Source: Trichodelitschia bisporula (Eukaryota). Taken from it: DNA of 64,000 nucleotides. Within the stretch, counting starts at the first letter, position 1; each line of letters starts with the position of its first letter. The stretch lies in contig ML996688.1 in assembly GCA_010356995.1 (NCBI GenBank), positions 992,001 through 1,056,000 of the forward strand. The letters run 5' to 3'. The position numbers were made by a program, and so were the translations under genes. The notes under the pieces are model-generated. The model worked only from the letters and a program-made list of their open reading frames with translations, searched no databases and was not told the DNA's origin. Positions 1-12,616 of the stretch are shown one piece after another.

Positions 1-2017
1 GCTGCTTCTCCAAATCCGTATCCCCGGCGGCTTCTTCCCTTATCAGGGCGCTAGCCCTCTTACTCGCATAACTCGCCCTCTTCTCCGCGACACCCTGGAA
101 CGCATCATTTACCCTATCGCGGAAATAGGATTGCAGGTGAGCTTGTGCTTGGGTTGTGGGGCCGGTCATACGGTGCGTCGTCCCCGCGCGCGCAGTAGGC
201 TTGGGCAGGCGCTTCGCCGCCGTGATGAAGAACTGGCAGCGCACGGATTCAGGGGGTGCGCACTCGCGGCATATGCGCAGCTCTTCTTTGAACCATTCTA
301 GGGTCTCGGGACGCTTGAGCGCCCATATGACCTGCACGTCGCGGGTCACGGCCTTGGCGTCGCGCATTCGCTTAATCAGGTCGAGGAGTTGTGATACAAG
401 CGCTGTGACGCCGCTCCCGCCGGCGATCAGGATGACTTTGTCGAAGGACTCGAGCCGGCGGCGCATGCCGCCGTACGGCCCATCTAGGAAGGCGCGGTAG
501 GTTTGCCATGGCCCCCGATCTAATGCGAGATCGAGGACCTTTTTGGTGAAGCCGCCGAAGGGGCGGAAGACGAGGATCATGTCCCTGTAGCCTTCGCCGT
601 ATTCGCTGGGAAAGTCTTCGGAGCACAGTGAGGCGATGGTGAAGGGGTGGTTTTGGAAGACGGCGATGCCGGGCATGCGGATGTAGACGTATTGGCCCGG
701 ACGCCATTTTACCTGCGTCGGGACGGTGATTTTAACGGCGTTTTCGGGGAGGACGGTGATTGCGGATTCGTCGCCGACGAGCCAGGAGAGGCGGAAGGGG
801 TTGGTCCAATTTAGGAAGAAGAGGCGTGCGCAGTAGGAGGTTAGCCAGATGGCGAGGGTGGCGAAGAGGTAGTGCCAGGAGGTCAGGTAGTTGTGGCAGT
901 GCCAGAAGAGCATGCCGAGATACACGATGGAGGCGGGGACGTGCAAGATGAGGAAGAGTTCGTAGGCGAGGCGCCGGAATACGGGGAGGGAATGGACGCA
1001 GAGGAAGATGAGGGGGACGAGGGCCGCAATACCTAGACTGGTCAGCAAGAAAAACCCTTACTTGCTCGTCAAGCACTTACCGGTTCCGTAAACGTAAAAA
1101 TGCTGGTTCTGAAACAGGGCGTTGAACGTCGCCTTCCCATCATGGTCCCACACCGGCGTCACATAGAACGGAATCGTATGGATCAGGCTCAAAATAAGGC
1201 AAATATAGGCCCCCCAGCGGTGCAACACATTGAGTCGCTCATGCCCGATTCCCGTCAGCAGCGACACGATATTCGCCTTCATCGCCATAGCCACGATCCA
1301 CGGCATCATCGCCACAGCCAGCATGCCGGCGCGGATGGCCAGCGGCGGCGCACCGTAGGCGATGGAGTCGTAGTACCACGGCTGGGGCACGAAGGTGTAC
1401 AGGAGGGAGAAGGCGAGGCCGGCGAAGACGATGACGCAGACGCTGAGGGAGGGGAAGCCGATGGGTGTCCATTTTTTGCGGAGGCGGATGTCAGGGATGG
1501 GGCGGTAGAAGATGAAGCGGAAGAGGGCGACGAGTTTGTTCACGGGCTTGAAGCCGACGGACATGAAGTCAGGCGCGAATTTCTCTTCTTTTTGCGAGGG
1601 GAGCGGGCCGTGCGGTGGGAAAAACTTGTTCGTTGACTTGTCGGTTGGAAACGCTGTTAACTCGTAGTCGTTGATCGGCGAGGACGTCTGCGACGATTTC
1701 CGGATCTCCTCTTCGTGGATGGCCGCCCGTATGCGATCGGTAAAAGCATGGTAGGCGTGCAGCACCGACGTGACGACCAGCAGAATGATGGCGAAATACA
1801 CCCATCCCAACGCATATTTCCCGCTCTTTCCCCACGGATCCTGCTTCGACGCAGCCACCAGTCCGGGCGCACTGCTCGCATTGACGGGGATGTAGACGCG
1901 CTCGACGAGCGTATGGAGTGCGAAATCCAGTCCTCGATGTACCGGCTGCCAGGCGTGGTCCAGTTGTTGGAATGCCTCCTCTGCTCGCCTCTTCACGATT
2001 TCTGATATTACGGGCAT
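1..2017 (-). CDS. Ferric/cupric reductase-like transmembrane flavocytochrome (FRE/NOX family), 3' end runs off the window. Exons 2017-1081 and 1032-<1
   Basis: Heme-ligand His region (HERLNVLHRW...LIHT) and TM segments in exon 1. Intron 1080-1033 (GTAAGT...CTGAC...CTAG). Exon 2 has the FAD-binding HPFT motif (FQNHPFTIASL), LDGPYGG and the NADPH-binding LIAGGSGVT. The ORF-track start at 2101 is TTG; the first in-frame ATG is 2017. Confidence 0.9.
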
Positions 2018-5000
2018 TTCTGCGCTGTGCGGTGTGAAGTTTCGAATGGGGGCGATGGGCGGCGGTCGAATCGGGTCCAGCCAGCTGGATGATGCGGTCA
2101 ATGGAGCATGAGAGGAGTCTATAATCGGAGTGACATCAATCTGGTGCGATTATGGCGGCTATTCGGGGCGATGCGCGCAGCGCAGTGAATACTCGCAAAT
2201 TGGTTATGTTGGTGGTCGGTGGTGGTTGGTGGGTGGCGCGAGGCTGGGGCGGGCGAGGTCGGATGGGTTGCTATCGTCAAAGGACCATTGAGCAAGAGTT
2301 AAAAAGAGGGGAAAGGGAAAGAGAGAAGATAATCGTCGGTAGCACAACTTAAGTCAACGACCGCGATAACGGAGCAAAGAAGACCGGAGTTCAGCGCGCG
2401 CCCGCGCAGGCAGTATACATAGTATTGGATGTCGGGAGGGGGGATCGCTGGCAGATGGACTGCCAACCTCTCAATCACCTCTTCCTGGCCCCGCGGCGTC
2501 GTTTCCGACCGGGGCTATACGCAAGGTCCAGAGGAGCGACGGCCTATCGCATGCTTCGGCTGAAAGATGCGCCTGCGCACCCACCGATGGAGGGGCGGGG
2601 GTGCCATTGGCCGGACCGAGAGCCACTCCGGGGGGCTGCCCATTGCCTATGTGATGGGAACTGGCAGTGAGCCCGTTTTCGAGCCTGCTCATAGGGTGAG
2701 CTGTACGAGCTGGTGCGGGCCATGCGCTTCCTGGCAATGGGTGTGGATTCAAACACACCCTTCCCCTTCGATAGTGCCCCTCTTGCGTTCAACGGTCTCC
2801 AGACACTGCGCACACTTGCCCTCACTTTGCTACTGCACATCTTTGCGTGAACTGCACAGTGCAGAAAGTGTAAAAGCTTGCCGACGCATCCCGGTTCAAC
2901 GCCGCTCGGTTTATGGACTGGGATGTCGCTTGTTGGCGTGGCTTTGGGCGGCACTGAGGCCATGGACATTGGCCATTGCGGCCACAGGCTGTGGCGTTTT
3001 AGGCATGGCCTGTGGGACAGTTGAGTCCGGCAGGAAGCCGGCAGTGATCGCACTGCAGACGAGCAGCGCGCAATCATGCTCCATCCCCGGACTTTAGAGG
3101 AAGGAGACCCGAGAAGCGATCGTCCCTCCCCGTCTCCGTTGAACCCGCTTCGTCGTGTTTCAAGCCGAGCAGGTCAACCGAACATCAACAAGCAGCACTC
3201 AAGCACGCGGCTAGCCACGCAGCGCATTGCTTGCTGTCCACATGCCGATGCTTCAGTTGGTTATGTGTCAGTGCGGGAGGCCGATTTACAGACCCACTGC
3301 AAGACTCGAGTTCGAAGCATGCCCGCATCACCGGACCTCGCCGTTGGCCACAGCATTCACCGCATGCAAATCCTCCGCAGAGACGGGGGGGGCTGGTGGG
3401 GGAGCAAAAGTGGCGGGGTGTGGCCGTTCGGGGCGTGAGGGGATAGTGCCCGTCGATGGGCCGCGCGGGCGCCAAAACACAAATCGACCAGTCAAGATCC
3501 CGCACGGAGCGCAGCGTGCGCAGGCAGGCCTGGCCCATCCGCCGCTGCCCGCACCGAAGCATTCACATCCTAACCCGCTTCCGGCCAAGCGCATCGCGAT
3601 TTGAATGCAACACGGCGCAGGCGGTCCGCCGTGTGGCTTCTGTCGTGCTTTGCGCGTGGCGGCCGTTCCCTGCCATTCGCTGCAGAGGCGGGGACTGTCC
3701 CGGTCGAAATACGGGCGGGCGCGCAGGCGGGGACTTGCCGCGGGTTTTGCGTGGGTGCGGGCAGGGAAAGACCCGTGGGTCACCCGCTTAAGCGCTGGCG
3801 CTATTGTTGATCGAGGGGTGCGATGGCACACGCCGCGGGCTGCACATATCCTACCCATCCCCCACACTATCGCCACCTTTCTTTTTTATCTCGTCTGGAC
3901 GACGTCGATTGTCGAGGCCTGCGGATTATCATGATGAATATATAGCTGCTGTGACTTGTACTTCTATTCGCAAAGGGAAATGGTGGACGCGAAGATGCAG
4001 TCGTGGAGGGCCATGGCCTCGCACCGGTTGCTCAAGATGAATATGTTAAGCAATAACGGCTTCACCGCTCTCTCTTCCCGTCTTCTTCATCTCCTCAAGC
4101 GCTTCGTCGACTCGACGTTATCTTCGCAAGCGCCCGTGACGAAAGATGATGCACTCCATGGCGTGCAGTCTGCCATGCGTCAGAAGCGCCGGCAGTACGG
4201 GGCACGGGAGGATCACAACAACGCTCAGTCTCACACCCACGAGCCTCCCCCACATCAGCCCTACACTCGTCCTCTGGCGACAGCCCACACGCGCTGACCA
4301 TCCGCTTTGGGACGTGTGATATTCAGGCCACCACGGAGCCTAGGGTGCGCAACCCCTAATGCCCTGCGGAAGCCTTCATGTACCCCTCATCCCCCCTCTG
4401 CCGACACGGCTAGACCACATAACCTGGCGGCTATCAGTGCGAGTGCGCGAGTTCGCGAACCGACTGAGTCGTTGTCCTTGGTCGGCATGCCGTGATGCCG
4501 GGGACTAGACTGCAGCGGGGAGAGCTGCTGCCCCGCATGTGAACGCTTACAGTTCTAAAAGACCTCGATTCAATGACGACGGTCTCCCACTAGCCTCGAA
4601 AGCGCAGGTGCCGACACCCTCCGCATATCGACACTAGAACTAGCACTTGATATCGCGAACACTCCACCATCACATACGCCGCGAAGCGAGCCCCCATCTC
4701 GCCCCGCGATTGGCAGCACCGATTTCCCAATCCAGCTAATGGCGAGAGCGAAGTGGGGTACACACGCCCAGGACCAAGCACTAGGCGAAGAAGTCATGAC
4801 CCGCATCTCCCACCTCTTTTCCTGAGCGATACGCAAAGCATACCGGGGTATGGCAGCCATGACTTTCGCTCAGCCCTGGCCACACCTCCGGAGAATTATC
4901 CTCCGCCCGCAGCCCTCCTCCCTCCTCACCAGAGCTTCACAGCCTGTCCCCGCGAACCTAACTCAGATGGCAGGTGCAGGTGGCAACACGCCGCAACCGC

Positions 5001-5995
5001 GACTCGCACGCACCTGCCCGGCGCAGCCGCTCGCCAGCTGCTCCTTCAATAAGGTACCCCGCATCAGCCAAACTCCTCGCCCCAGGTCTCTCCCGTTTGG
5101 CCGTAGCCAGCTGCAACAACTTTCCTCCTAACCCTGACCTCGGCACCCGCGCCGATCGCGCGTATCTGCTCACTGACACGGAGTCCCTTGGCCAATGACG
5201 TCCGCACGACGTTCCGGGCCCGAACCCGAGCGTCCGTTTTGCCCTGTCTGCTGCGCGCGGAGGGCGAGCCGGATGCGGCGCGGTCTGCGTATGATGGTGA
5301 GCGGCGCGGTAAGGGAGGGAGAGCCAGTACCCGCGGGGTAAGGGTGTGATTTGGAAGGGTCACGTGGGGCAGGGACAAGGCTGAGATGGATATGTGGGTT
5401 GGGATGAGGACGGTAAGGCTGAGAAGCTTTGTTGAATGCAGTCATGGTGGAGATGGGCGTACGGTGGAGCGGAGGGTGCGTGTTGGAGCTCGGTTGGAGG
5501 TTTGGATCGGCGGGGATGAAGTGTCGACAACGGAAGCGGCGAGAATGGCGAACGACTCACCTGGGTTAGAGTTGGATGAGGTTGTTTGGGTTTTGAGGGC
5601 ACTGGATTTGATTCAGTGTTGTGTTGTGCTTTGGACAAAGACTGACTTACCAGGTAGACAGCGGATAGTCCAAAGTCGAGCGGCAGTACGAAGGATTACA
5701 GTGGAGTAGACAGCAAAGTCACAATCCTACTTCTGCACTATTCACCACTATCCCTCTATCGTCCGGTCCGTCGAGCATTCTTCAGGATTCAGAAGTCTGT
5801 TATCACTTTCACACCTCAGCGTCAGCCGAGCCATATATCACAGTAGCATATGTCACGAGCTCCGACTTCTGGATCATCACCAGATTCAGTTTCACAATTC
5901 CATTAATCACACCTAACAACATGCGAGCAGCAACCCGGGGTACACCATTGATGCCGACAATTCAAATTCCCGAATCAAGCCGTCTCCACCCCACC

Positions 5996-6832
5996 TCAAT
6001 TACGAGTATTTCTTTGCCCCCCCTTGTCCATGTCGAAGCCTGGGACAATGTAGCAGTTCATAGGAGCATAGACCGCCCACGGAGTGTCGAGAATGCTGGT
6101 ATCGATGAACCCGTTGTTGAAGGGATGACCGGCGACTTGGCTGCCATTGTACGTGCTGGCACTGGCCGAGCCGCCATTGAACGTACCGGTTCCGACATAA
6201 CCAGTCGCGGGACCACCGGCAGGAGCCCAAGGGGGTGGCGCGCTGGCAGTGAGGCCACTGGCCGAAGGTGCGATGGGATAGGTGTACGAGGGCTGCCAAC
6301 CGCCAGTAGGGAATATGCCCGGACGGTTGATACCGACATACTCCCATCCGGAACTTGGTGGGGCAGTCTGAAGCGTGCTGGCACCAAATCCGGTAACGGG
6401 CGCACCCGCGTTGAGTATGCCGGCACTGAGGGTACTAGTCCCGACAGTTCCCAATACCCCCGGGCGATTACTGAGCACCCCGGGAGCACTGTTGACGTTC
6501 CCGGCTGGCTGCTTTACCGTCTTCCGGCGCTTGACTCCCGAAGCCGGCCCGTCGTCTTTGGCCTCCTTTCGCGGTCTCTTCCGCCCCACCGCACCATAGC
6601 GCTCTGCGCACAGTTCACATACTTCCATGCACTCTCCCTCTGAGGCACTCCAGGCACGCTGTACCTGTAACCCTTTTTCGGTGTTATAGTCGATGAAGCC
6701 CCCGAGGTTGAGCCATCTCCGGCACTTGTGGCACCGGTTTTGGCCGTCGCCGCGCGACTGGTTGTCGTTGGGCCTGTTAAAGAGAAGTTGGGAAGGAGTC
6801 TCCGAGGGCCTGGTGGGAAGCATTGATGCCAT
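5996..6832 (-). CDS. Array copy A1: unknown 4-Cys putative zinc-finger/NLS protein, 278 aa
   Basis: QSRGDGQNRCHKCRRWLNLG...VQRAW...VCELC, then RKRPRK and VKRRKTV. Clearly homologous to the neighbouring copies. Confidence 0.75.
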   Translation of the reverse strand: MASMLPTRPSETPSQLLFNRPNDNQSRGDGQNRCHKCRRWLNLGGFIDYNTEKGLQVQRAWSASEGECMEVCELCAERYGAVGRKRPRKEAKDDGPASGVKRRKTVKQPAGNVNSAPGVLSNRPGVLGTVGTSTLSAGILNAGAPVTGFGASTLQTAPPSSGWEYVGINRPGIFPTGGWQPSYTYPIAPSASGLTASAPPPWAPAGGPATGYVGTGTFNGGSASASTYNGSQVAGHPFNNGFIDTSILDTPWAVYAPMNCYIVPGFDMDKGGQRNTRN

Positions 6833-7483
6833 TTCGCCCTCCTTGGTTATGTGCGTGAAGGCAAGAGTGGCGGAACGCCGAGGGAGGCTGGCAAACGGAG
6901 AACTGGCAGATGCCAGGATTGAATGACGCCTGGCTGGATGAGGCTGTTAGCTCATATACTAGAGAATCATATCGCGAGTGGAAAGGGAGAGCGGGAAGTG
7001 AATACCAGGTAGCCGGGAGTGTAGATCGCAAGATCTTGAAGTGTATCGCGGGAACTTCGAGTAAACGGTGAGAATTTTCGAATGAGAGTTGCAGGCTTTG
7101 AGTGCAGACTGGAGAATGATGGTGGAACGTTGTGCTGCGGATGGCTGGAGGTCGGCGATTCCACTGTGATGCTAGGTAGTCGACTATCGATCGCTGGTGA
7201 ATGATCTTCGGAATATCTCGACATGTATACACAGCTCTAGCGCCGGCGGCGGTTCCGGGGCTGCAGCTTCTATGCGTAAGTCGATGAAGTGTAGAATGCC
7301 AGGGAGGTTCTACTTGGCAACTGTAGTTCTGTAGGTAATGGTTAGCGATGAAAGCTCTCGGAGTACCTCGTCGAATATATGTGGCTCTCAAGTCTTGGCA
7401 AGGTGTGCCTTCTCCGCTCACAAATCCTTCAAACGAACGTAGCTGTGACTCGGTAGTTGACACTCATCTTCCGAACAGAAGCC

Positions 7484-7583
7484 AAACGCGAAGTTGAGAG
7501 TGTTCATCAGGCTGAATGCCCCGGATTGGCCAAACACCTCAGCCTTATTATAACCTCCGCCAGGTCACAACGTCGATAAGCCA
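7484..7583. promoter_or_regulatory. Conserved upstream block, copy 1 (AAACGCGAAGTTGA ... GGATTGGCC = CCAAT on minus ... CGATAAGCC), upstream of A1
   Basis: The same block recurs at ~10476, ~15364 and ~18444. Regulatory function is inferred. Confidence 0.6.
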
Positions 7584-8143
7584 GCTGCAACAGTACAATC
7601 CAATGCTTGGTTGACGTTGGGAGATTAAACGAATTTCTGTAATTGTAAGGACGTTGATGATAGAAGAAGAGAGGAGAAGAGCAAACGCAAAACTGAATTA
7701 CAGCATGGACCCTCCACATTCGTTCCTTCCTTCATTACTTCTTGGCGTACGCCATCTACACAGAAATCCTTGCCTCCATACTGTAGTAATCCCTGCCATG
7801 CTGAGCGGCTTCACGCGAGCACCACCAGCCATATCAGCAATAATTATCTTCAGTTCCATCAGTTGTTCAATCTGTCTAACATTCAGAGCATGCTTAGGCA
7901 GTCACTTATGCCACTTATGTCACTTTTACACCTTGGATCTATATATCACAGCATTAATGTTCACACGTTTCACTTTCAACTACCATCAGATCCCAGGATA
8001 AAATTTTCCATTCGTGTTTTAAGGACAAACTCAAGAACAGTGATCCAGATCGAAACCTCGCTACCGCGACTCAGCTACCCTTACCGCGAGTCTCGGCATC
8101 ACCGTGAGCCTTCCCCTTCGTCGAGTCACCCTGGTTTGTCAAA

Positions 8144-8664
8144 TTATGGGTTCTCGGCGAGCCATCTCAAGAGAACCTCGGCAGTCTCCTCATCGGTGAG
8201 CCCCCGCGGCTCAGCCAGAGTCTCTTCCGTACCCGAAGGTTCTGGCGGACCAGGGGCCATGGTACCAGGCGCGCTGTCACCCACCACTCCCGGAAAGCTG
8301 CTCGCGCCCGTAGCCGAAGGAGTACCATAGACGGTCTTCCGCCTCTTCAGGCCCGTGTCCGGGCCCTCGGCCTTCCGCTTCTTAGGCTTTTCAGCGAGCT
8401 CATCTCCGCCGGTGGCCTTCGGCTTTGCGCGGGAGGGCCTGTTTGCTATCCGGACGGTGCATTGCTCACAGCAACAGTACCAGCGACTCTTCTTCCATGT
8501 GCGGGGAACATGCTCGCCGCGCTCTAAGGGGTTAACCAGTCCTTCTCCTAAGTAGAACCATTTTCGGCACTTTTGCATTTTTCGCGGCCATCAAAGCGCG
8601 ACTGGCTGTCTGGTGGGCGCTCTCCAGGAGCATGCGGTGGGCTCGGGGGGTTTGAGGGTTTCAT
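8144..8664 (-). pseudogene. Array copy A2: frameshifted paralog (1-nt deletion inside the first CxxC)
   Basis: ATG at 8664 gives MKPSNPPSPPHAPGERPPDSQSRFDGREKCK. The sequence TGC-AAAAG-TGC (around 8567-8577) is one base short of C-x2-C. The other frame continues CRKWFYLG...RTW...RWYCCCEQC...LKRRKTV. Confidence 0.7.
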
Positions 8665-8757
8665 CCCTGAGTAATGGAAGGGTTGTCGGTGGGGAGAAGG
8701 AAGGCCGTGTGGAAGGGGGTTCGGCTTATAAGTTAGGGATCCATGTCGGAAGTGAAA

Positions 8758-8880
8758 GGCGAGAGCTGGGGAGTGAAGAATGGAGAGCTAGGATGTGAAG
8801 CACGGAGAGCTGAGAGTAAACAGTGGAGAGCTGATAGTGAATTGTGGAGAACCTATAGTAAGTGGTGAAGAACCTGTTGA
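8758..8880. repeat. Imperfect ~21-23 bp tandem repeat (GGAGAGCTG...AGTGAA-like), about 6 units, upstream of A2
   Basis: Recurring gagagctg / gagagcta / gagaaccta cores at regular spacing. Confidence 0.55.
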
Positions 8881-9315
8881 CAAAGAGTGCTCTATAGGCA
8901 GCTTCAGTGAGCCTCGAGTGAACGTTGTATAATCATGTGGTACATGAAGTAAGGTTTGGAGAGCGATGAGAAATAGCTATAACCTTCGATTCCTCAACGA
9001 GAACCCAATTCTGTTTGAAGGTTAATGCTAATGCTAGGTACAAAGATGAAAGCCTAAGACCGCAAGAGTCAGGCATAGAGACCTGCATAGGAGACGCAGT
9101 AGCAGACGTAGCACGAGCCGAGGGCAATCCCATCTCCACATCCCCATCACCCGCCTTCACCTGCTTAACCGCAGACCGAACCGAAGGCGAACTCATCTCA
9201 ACATCCGCATCGCGCCATCCGAATCAAGGCATGTCTGCAGCACCGTACTTATCCTCCTTCTTGTCCTCAGTTTTGGCGAGGTCCTTCGGAGCAGAATCTG
9301 TCAAGAGCGGATCGA

Positions 9316-10038
9316 TCAAAGCGGCGTCCACCGGATAGCAGAGGAATGGCGGCCGTTGAGGGTGTCGGCATCGGGGGTACGTGCATCAGGTTCGGTGGCA
9401 CCGAAGGTCTCCGTCCACGGCGCGTCAGCAGCAAAGGTGCTCGCGGGGAGTGTCCAGGTACCGGTGATGTAAGGGAGAGATGTACCGGCCGGGAGTGTCT
9501 CCGGACGGAGTTTACCGGGGTAGTACCAGCCGGAACTAGACGTTTCAGTAACCAGCGGGCCCATACCAACCTCGCCAGTAGCGACCACCTCGGGAGTACT
9601 CGTGACTTCCCCGGCCGGCATCTTTACCGTTTTACGGCGCTTGACTTCCTGGACCGGCTCGTTACCGTTGTTCTCCTCGGGTCGCAAATCCTCCTTTGGT
9701 CTTGAGTTCCTCTTTCGGCGCGAGGTCTCCTTTGGGGGTGAGTTCTCCTTTGGTGGAGACTCTTTCCGCGAGTTCTCTTTTAGCCGCGCCCCCTTCCGCT
9801 TGCGCTTCCTGCCAATATTATACTCCCTGCATTGCTCGCACCTACTCATCCAGTACCCATCCCAGGCGCGCTGGACGTACGGCTCCTTCTCGGCGGGGTT
9901 GGTGGGCTGGCCCGGGCCGAGGTAGAACCATCTATTGCATCTACCGCACCGGGGGCGCCCGTCGCTCCTGCTTTGGCTTTCGGGAGGCCGGTCTGAGGGG
10001 GGCTGAGAGGGGGGCGGCGGGGGGTTGGAAGGAAGCAT
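9316..10038 (-). CDS. Array copy A3: unknown 4-Cys putative zinc-finger/NLS protein, 240 aa (tail probably frameshifted; alternative-frame stop at 9224)
   Basis: QSRSDGRPRCGRCNRWFYLGPG...VQRAWDGYWMSRCEQC, RKRKRK, short KENSPP-type repeats, VKRRKTV. Confidence 0.75.
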   Translation of the reverse strand: MLPSNPPPPPSQPPSDRPPESQSRSDGRPRCGRCNRWFYLGPGQPTNPAEKEPYVQRAWDGYWMSRCEQCREYNIGRKRKRKGARLKENSRKESPPKENSPPKETSRRKRNSRPKEDLRPEENNGNEPVQEVKRRKTVKMPAGEVTSTPEVVATGEVGMGPLVTETSSSGWYYPGKLRPETLPAGTSLPYITGTWTLPASTFAADAPWTETFGATEPDARTPDADTLNGRHSSAIRWTPL

Positions 10039-10475
10039 CGTTGCCGTCTTCAGTTTTGCGTCCGAGTGTGAGAGACGTACGGTTCCGAGGAGCTTGACCG
10101 GTGAGGAAGTTGTTAGAGGATAGGATTGTTGGATGCATCCTCGTTGGATGAGTGGCTTGTTAGCTTATACTGAAGTTGAGTCGGGAGGAACTGGTGCAGA
10201 GCCTACAAATGAGGAAGTGCCTTTCAGTGTCGGCTTTGATGAGATTGGAGTAAATTCTGAGTAACGGTGTAGTATCCGGCAGTCAATACTTTGGAGAGCA
10301 ATGCCGTGGAGTGGAGATATCAACAGTCAGAGGAAGGTATACATGGTGACCGATGGATGGCTTGGCAATTTTTGCTGGTTGATGCGCTAGGCATACATAC
10401 TTTATCAAGACTTGCGTCCGGAAGTTGGAGCTGTATATGCATCACAAGATATTCCGAAAGCTGCTGACAGGAGAT

Positions 10476-10580
10476 AAACGCGACGTTGATACATTTGTGA
10501 AGCGCCCATCAGGCTGAACACCCCGGATTGGCCAAACGCCACAGCCTTAAGCCCTGCCAAGCCACGCCAGGGGAAAGCCA
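10476..10580. promoter_or_regulatory. Conserved upstream block, copy 2, upstream of A3
   Basis: aaacgcgacgttgata ... caggctgaacaccccggattggccaaacgccacagcctt; the GATAAG part is degenerate here. Confidence 0.6.
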
Positions 10581-11013
10581 ACCGTTATTAATAAAACCTA
10601 AAAGTAACGATCCGAGTCACATCAGCATCTACGGAAGGTAGTAATTGAGATGTGGGTGGATCAAGGCAAAGGCAGAAGGAGAGAAAAGAGGTTGATTGCA
10701 TTGCACATGGGGAGTTCAGGTGAGAATCTAATCACTCAATGAAGCGTCGACTGTCAAGGGTCACTGGTGACAACGGGAGGTTGCAGAATGACGTTCGTTG
10801 AAGGCGATGTGATGATTAAGAATTCTGGCTAGTCCAGAATTCGCTAAATGCACAGGTCCACCAAGCTAATCCACGCGTCCTAAGGCCACGTGATGTCAGC
10901 GGGGTCTGACTATGCATGTGCTCCATAACATTCACCTAGAGATGGAAGATTGCGGTCAATGGCCAGTTTTCTCGTGATCAACGGACGCTCAGGATGTCGA
11001 CACTTCCGGATTC

Positions 11014-11799
11014 CTAGAGTATGCCCGTCCATTCAACACCATCCGAGCTGACTAATCTCATCGGTCCCCAATTGGCATTGCTTGATATCCTCGGGTTCGG
11101 ATCCTCCGTGGGGTCCTGGAGGCCCGGATCGACCACCGAGTTGTTGACGGTGTGAGTAAGGGTATGACTGTCAGCCGGGTCCTGAGTGCTGGGTGTAATG
11201 GGGCCAGGCACACCGGCACCCAGTGAAACTGCAGGGAATCCATTGGCATCGAGAGTTCGAGCCGCCTGAGTACTCCGAGCGAGGATCCCAGTGAGAAGCC
11301 CAGGGTTGTCCAAGGCATACGGCAGGCTCGTTGTCCTAGCGGGTTGAGACTCGGGATAGGGCGCTCCGAAGTAGTGCTCGCTCGCACCGAGCGTGCTAGG
11401 AGCAAACGGAGAGATGCCGACGGGCCCTGCGTAGCTTGAACTGAGCATACCAACACCGACGGCCGCAGCATTGGACGTGGCTATGGTGTTCCCGGTTACG
11501 TTGGCGGTCTTGAGGCGCTTGGTGGCTTTCGTGTTGCTGGCAGGACCTTGCGTTTTGGACCCCTTCCGTTTCCGATTGTTCTTCTTATATCGATCACAAC
11601 TGGCGGTGCATGCCTCACACTGCGACAGCCAGAGGCCGTTCCTCCACATGCGACGGACGGCGCGACCGGTAGTGCTGGAAGCGCCACCTGAAGAGAATAA
11701 CTTCCGGCACTTGCTGCAGAACGGTGACAGCTCTTTCCCGGATTCGCTGTTAGAGGGACGAACCGGGTCAGGGCTTGGGGCGGCGCCTGAAGATTCCAT
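11014..11799 (-). CDS. Array copy A4: diverged 4-Cys putative zinc-finger/NLS protein (an upstream in-frame ATG exists at 11910)
   Basis: FCSKCRKLFSSGG...VRRMWRNGLWLSQCEAC, RKRK, TKRLKT and VVDPGL near the C-terminus. Start 11799 chosen to match the leader length of the paralogs. Confidence 0.7.
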   Translation of the reverse strand: MESSGAAPSPDPVRPSNSESGKELSPFCSKCRKLFSSGGASSTTGRAVRRMWRNGLWLSQCEACTASCDRYKKNNRKRKGSKTQGPASNTKATKRLKTANVTGNTIATSNAAAVGVGMLSSSYAGPVGISPFAPSTLGASEHYFGAPYPESQPARTTSLPYALDNPGLLTGILARSTQAARTLDANGFPAVSLGAGVPGPITPSTQDPADSHTLTHTVNNSVVDPGLQDPTEDPNPRISSNANWGPMRLVSSDGVEWTGIL

Positions 11800-12616
11800 T
11801 GCTGCAAGTCCGCTCTGCTCAGCTTTCGGTCGGAGGAGTGAAAATGGAGCACGAATATGTGGAGAGAAGGGAGGAGTGGTGATAATAGGTGCTGTAAACA
11901 ATAGAGACATCCTAAAGAAGTTGCTGATAGTAAGAAAAAATGTTGGGGGTGCACAGGAGAAAGCTGGGAAATAAATGGTGGAGAACCTACGGACGAGCTA
12001 ATACCAGAAGTCTGGAACTGACTTTGGGGAGCGAGGTATCTTGTTGAGTATGGTGGGGGGGGAGGGCGGTTTGCGAAGTGGAGAAATCGATGGTAAAAGT
12101 GTGGACGCAATGGAAGTGATAGTGAACCATTGCGGCCTCCGGGTCCACTTCTTGGCGATATATAGAATGCTACAGAGGCATTCTGCCACTTGTGTGTTGA
12201 CGAGGTGATGGTTTGTGACCGAAGGTTCTGGCTTGGCAGTTGTCAGTCTCGGGTTGTTTGATAGTATAGAGTTTGACTCACTGGCAAGAACATATACAGC
12301 CGAGCTAGAGATTAAAGTAGCTGATCTCCGCAGGTCAGAGAGCGACTCTCAGCCCTGCCTCCGCGGCATGTATGTAGTATCCCTTGCTCTTCCGGTCCAG
12401 CCATATTATATCAGTTTCGTACCTTAGAAAGTCAGCGAAGCCATATATCAATAGGAAATAGTTAGCAGTTTTGATTCCCCGACGAGTACGAGATTCCAGT
12501 TTCGAGCTTTTTGATTCGTAAGTAGACTAGAAGCTATCCGGATCGGCCACCTCACATTGCGCCTCACTTCCCCTCAACCTCATCCTCGGCATCGGAGTTC
12601 AAAAGAGCGGGATCTA

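Noticed and set aside
5921..6643. 240-aa plus-strand ORF and similar plus-strand ORFs across the array (considered as antisense toxin/antidote partners)
   Set aside because: Not conserved in position or sequence between units; consistent with shadows in GC-rich DNA.
7505..7535. CCAAT box as a HapX bipartite iron-response site, given the nearby ferric reductase
   Set aside because: The CSAAT-N12-RWT second half is absent, and the adjacent GATA is not the ATCWGATAA SreA form.
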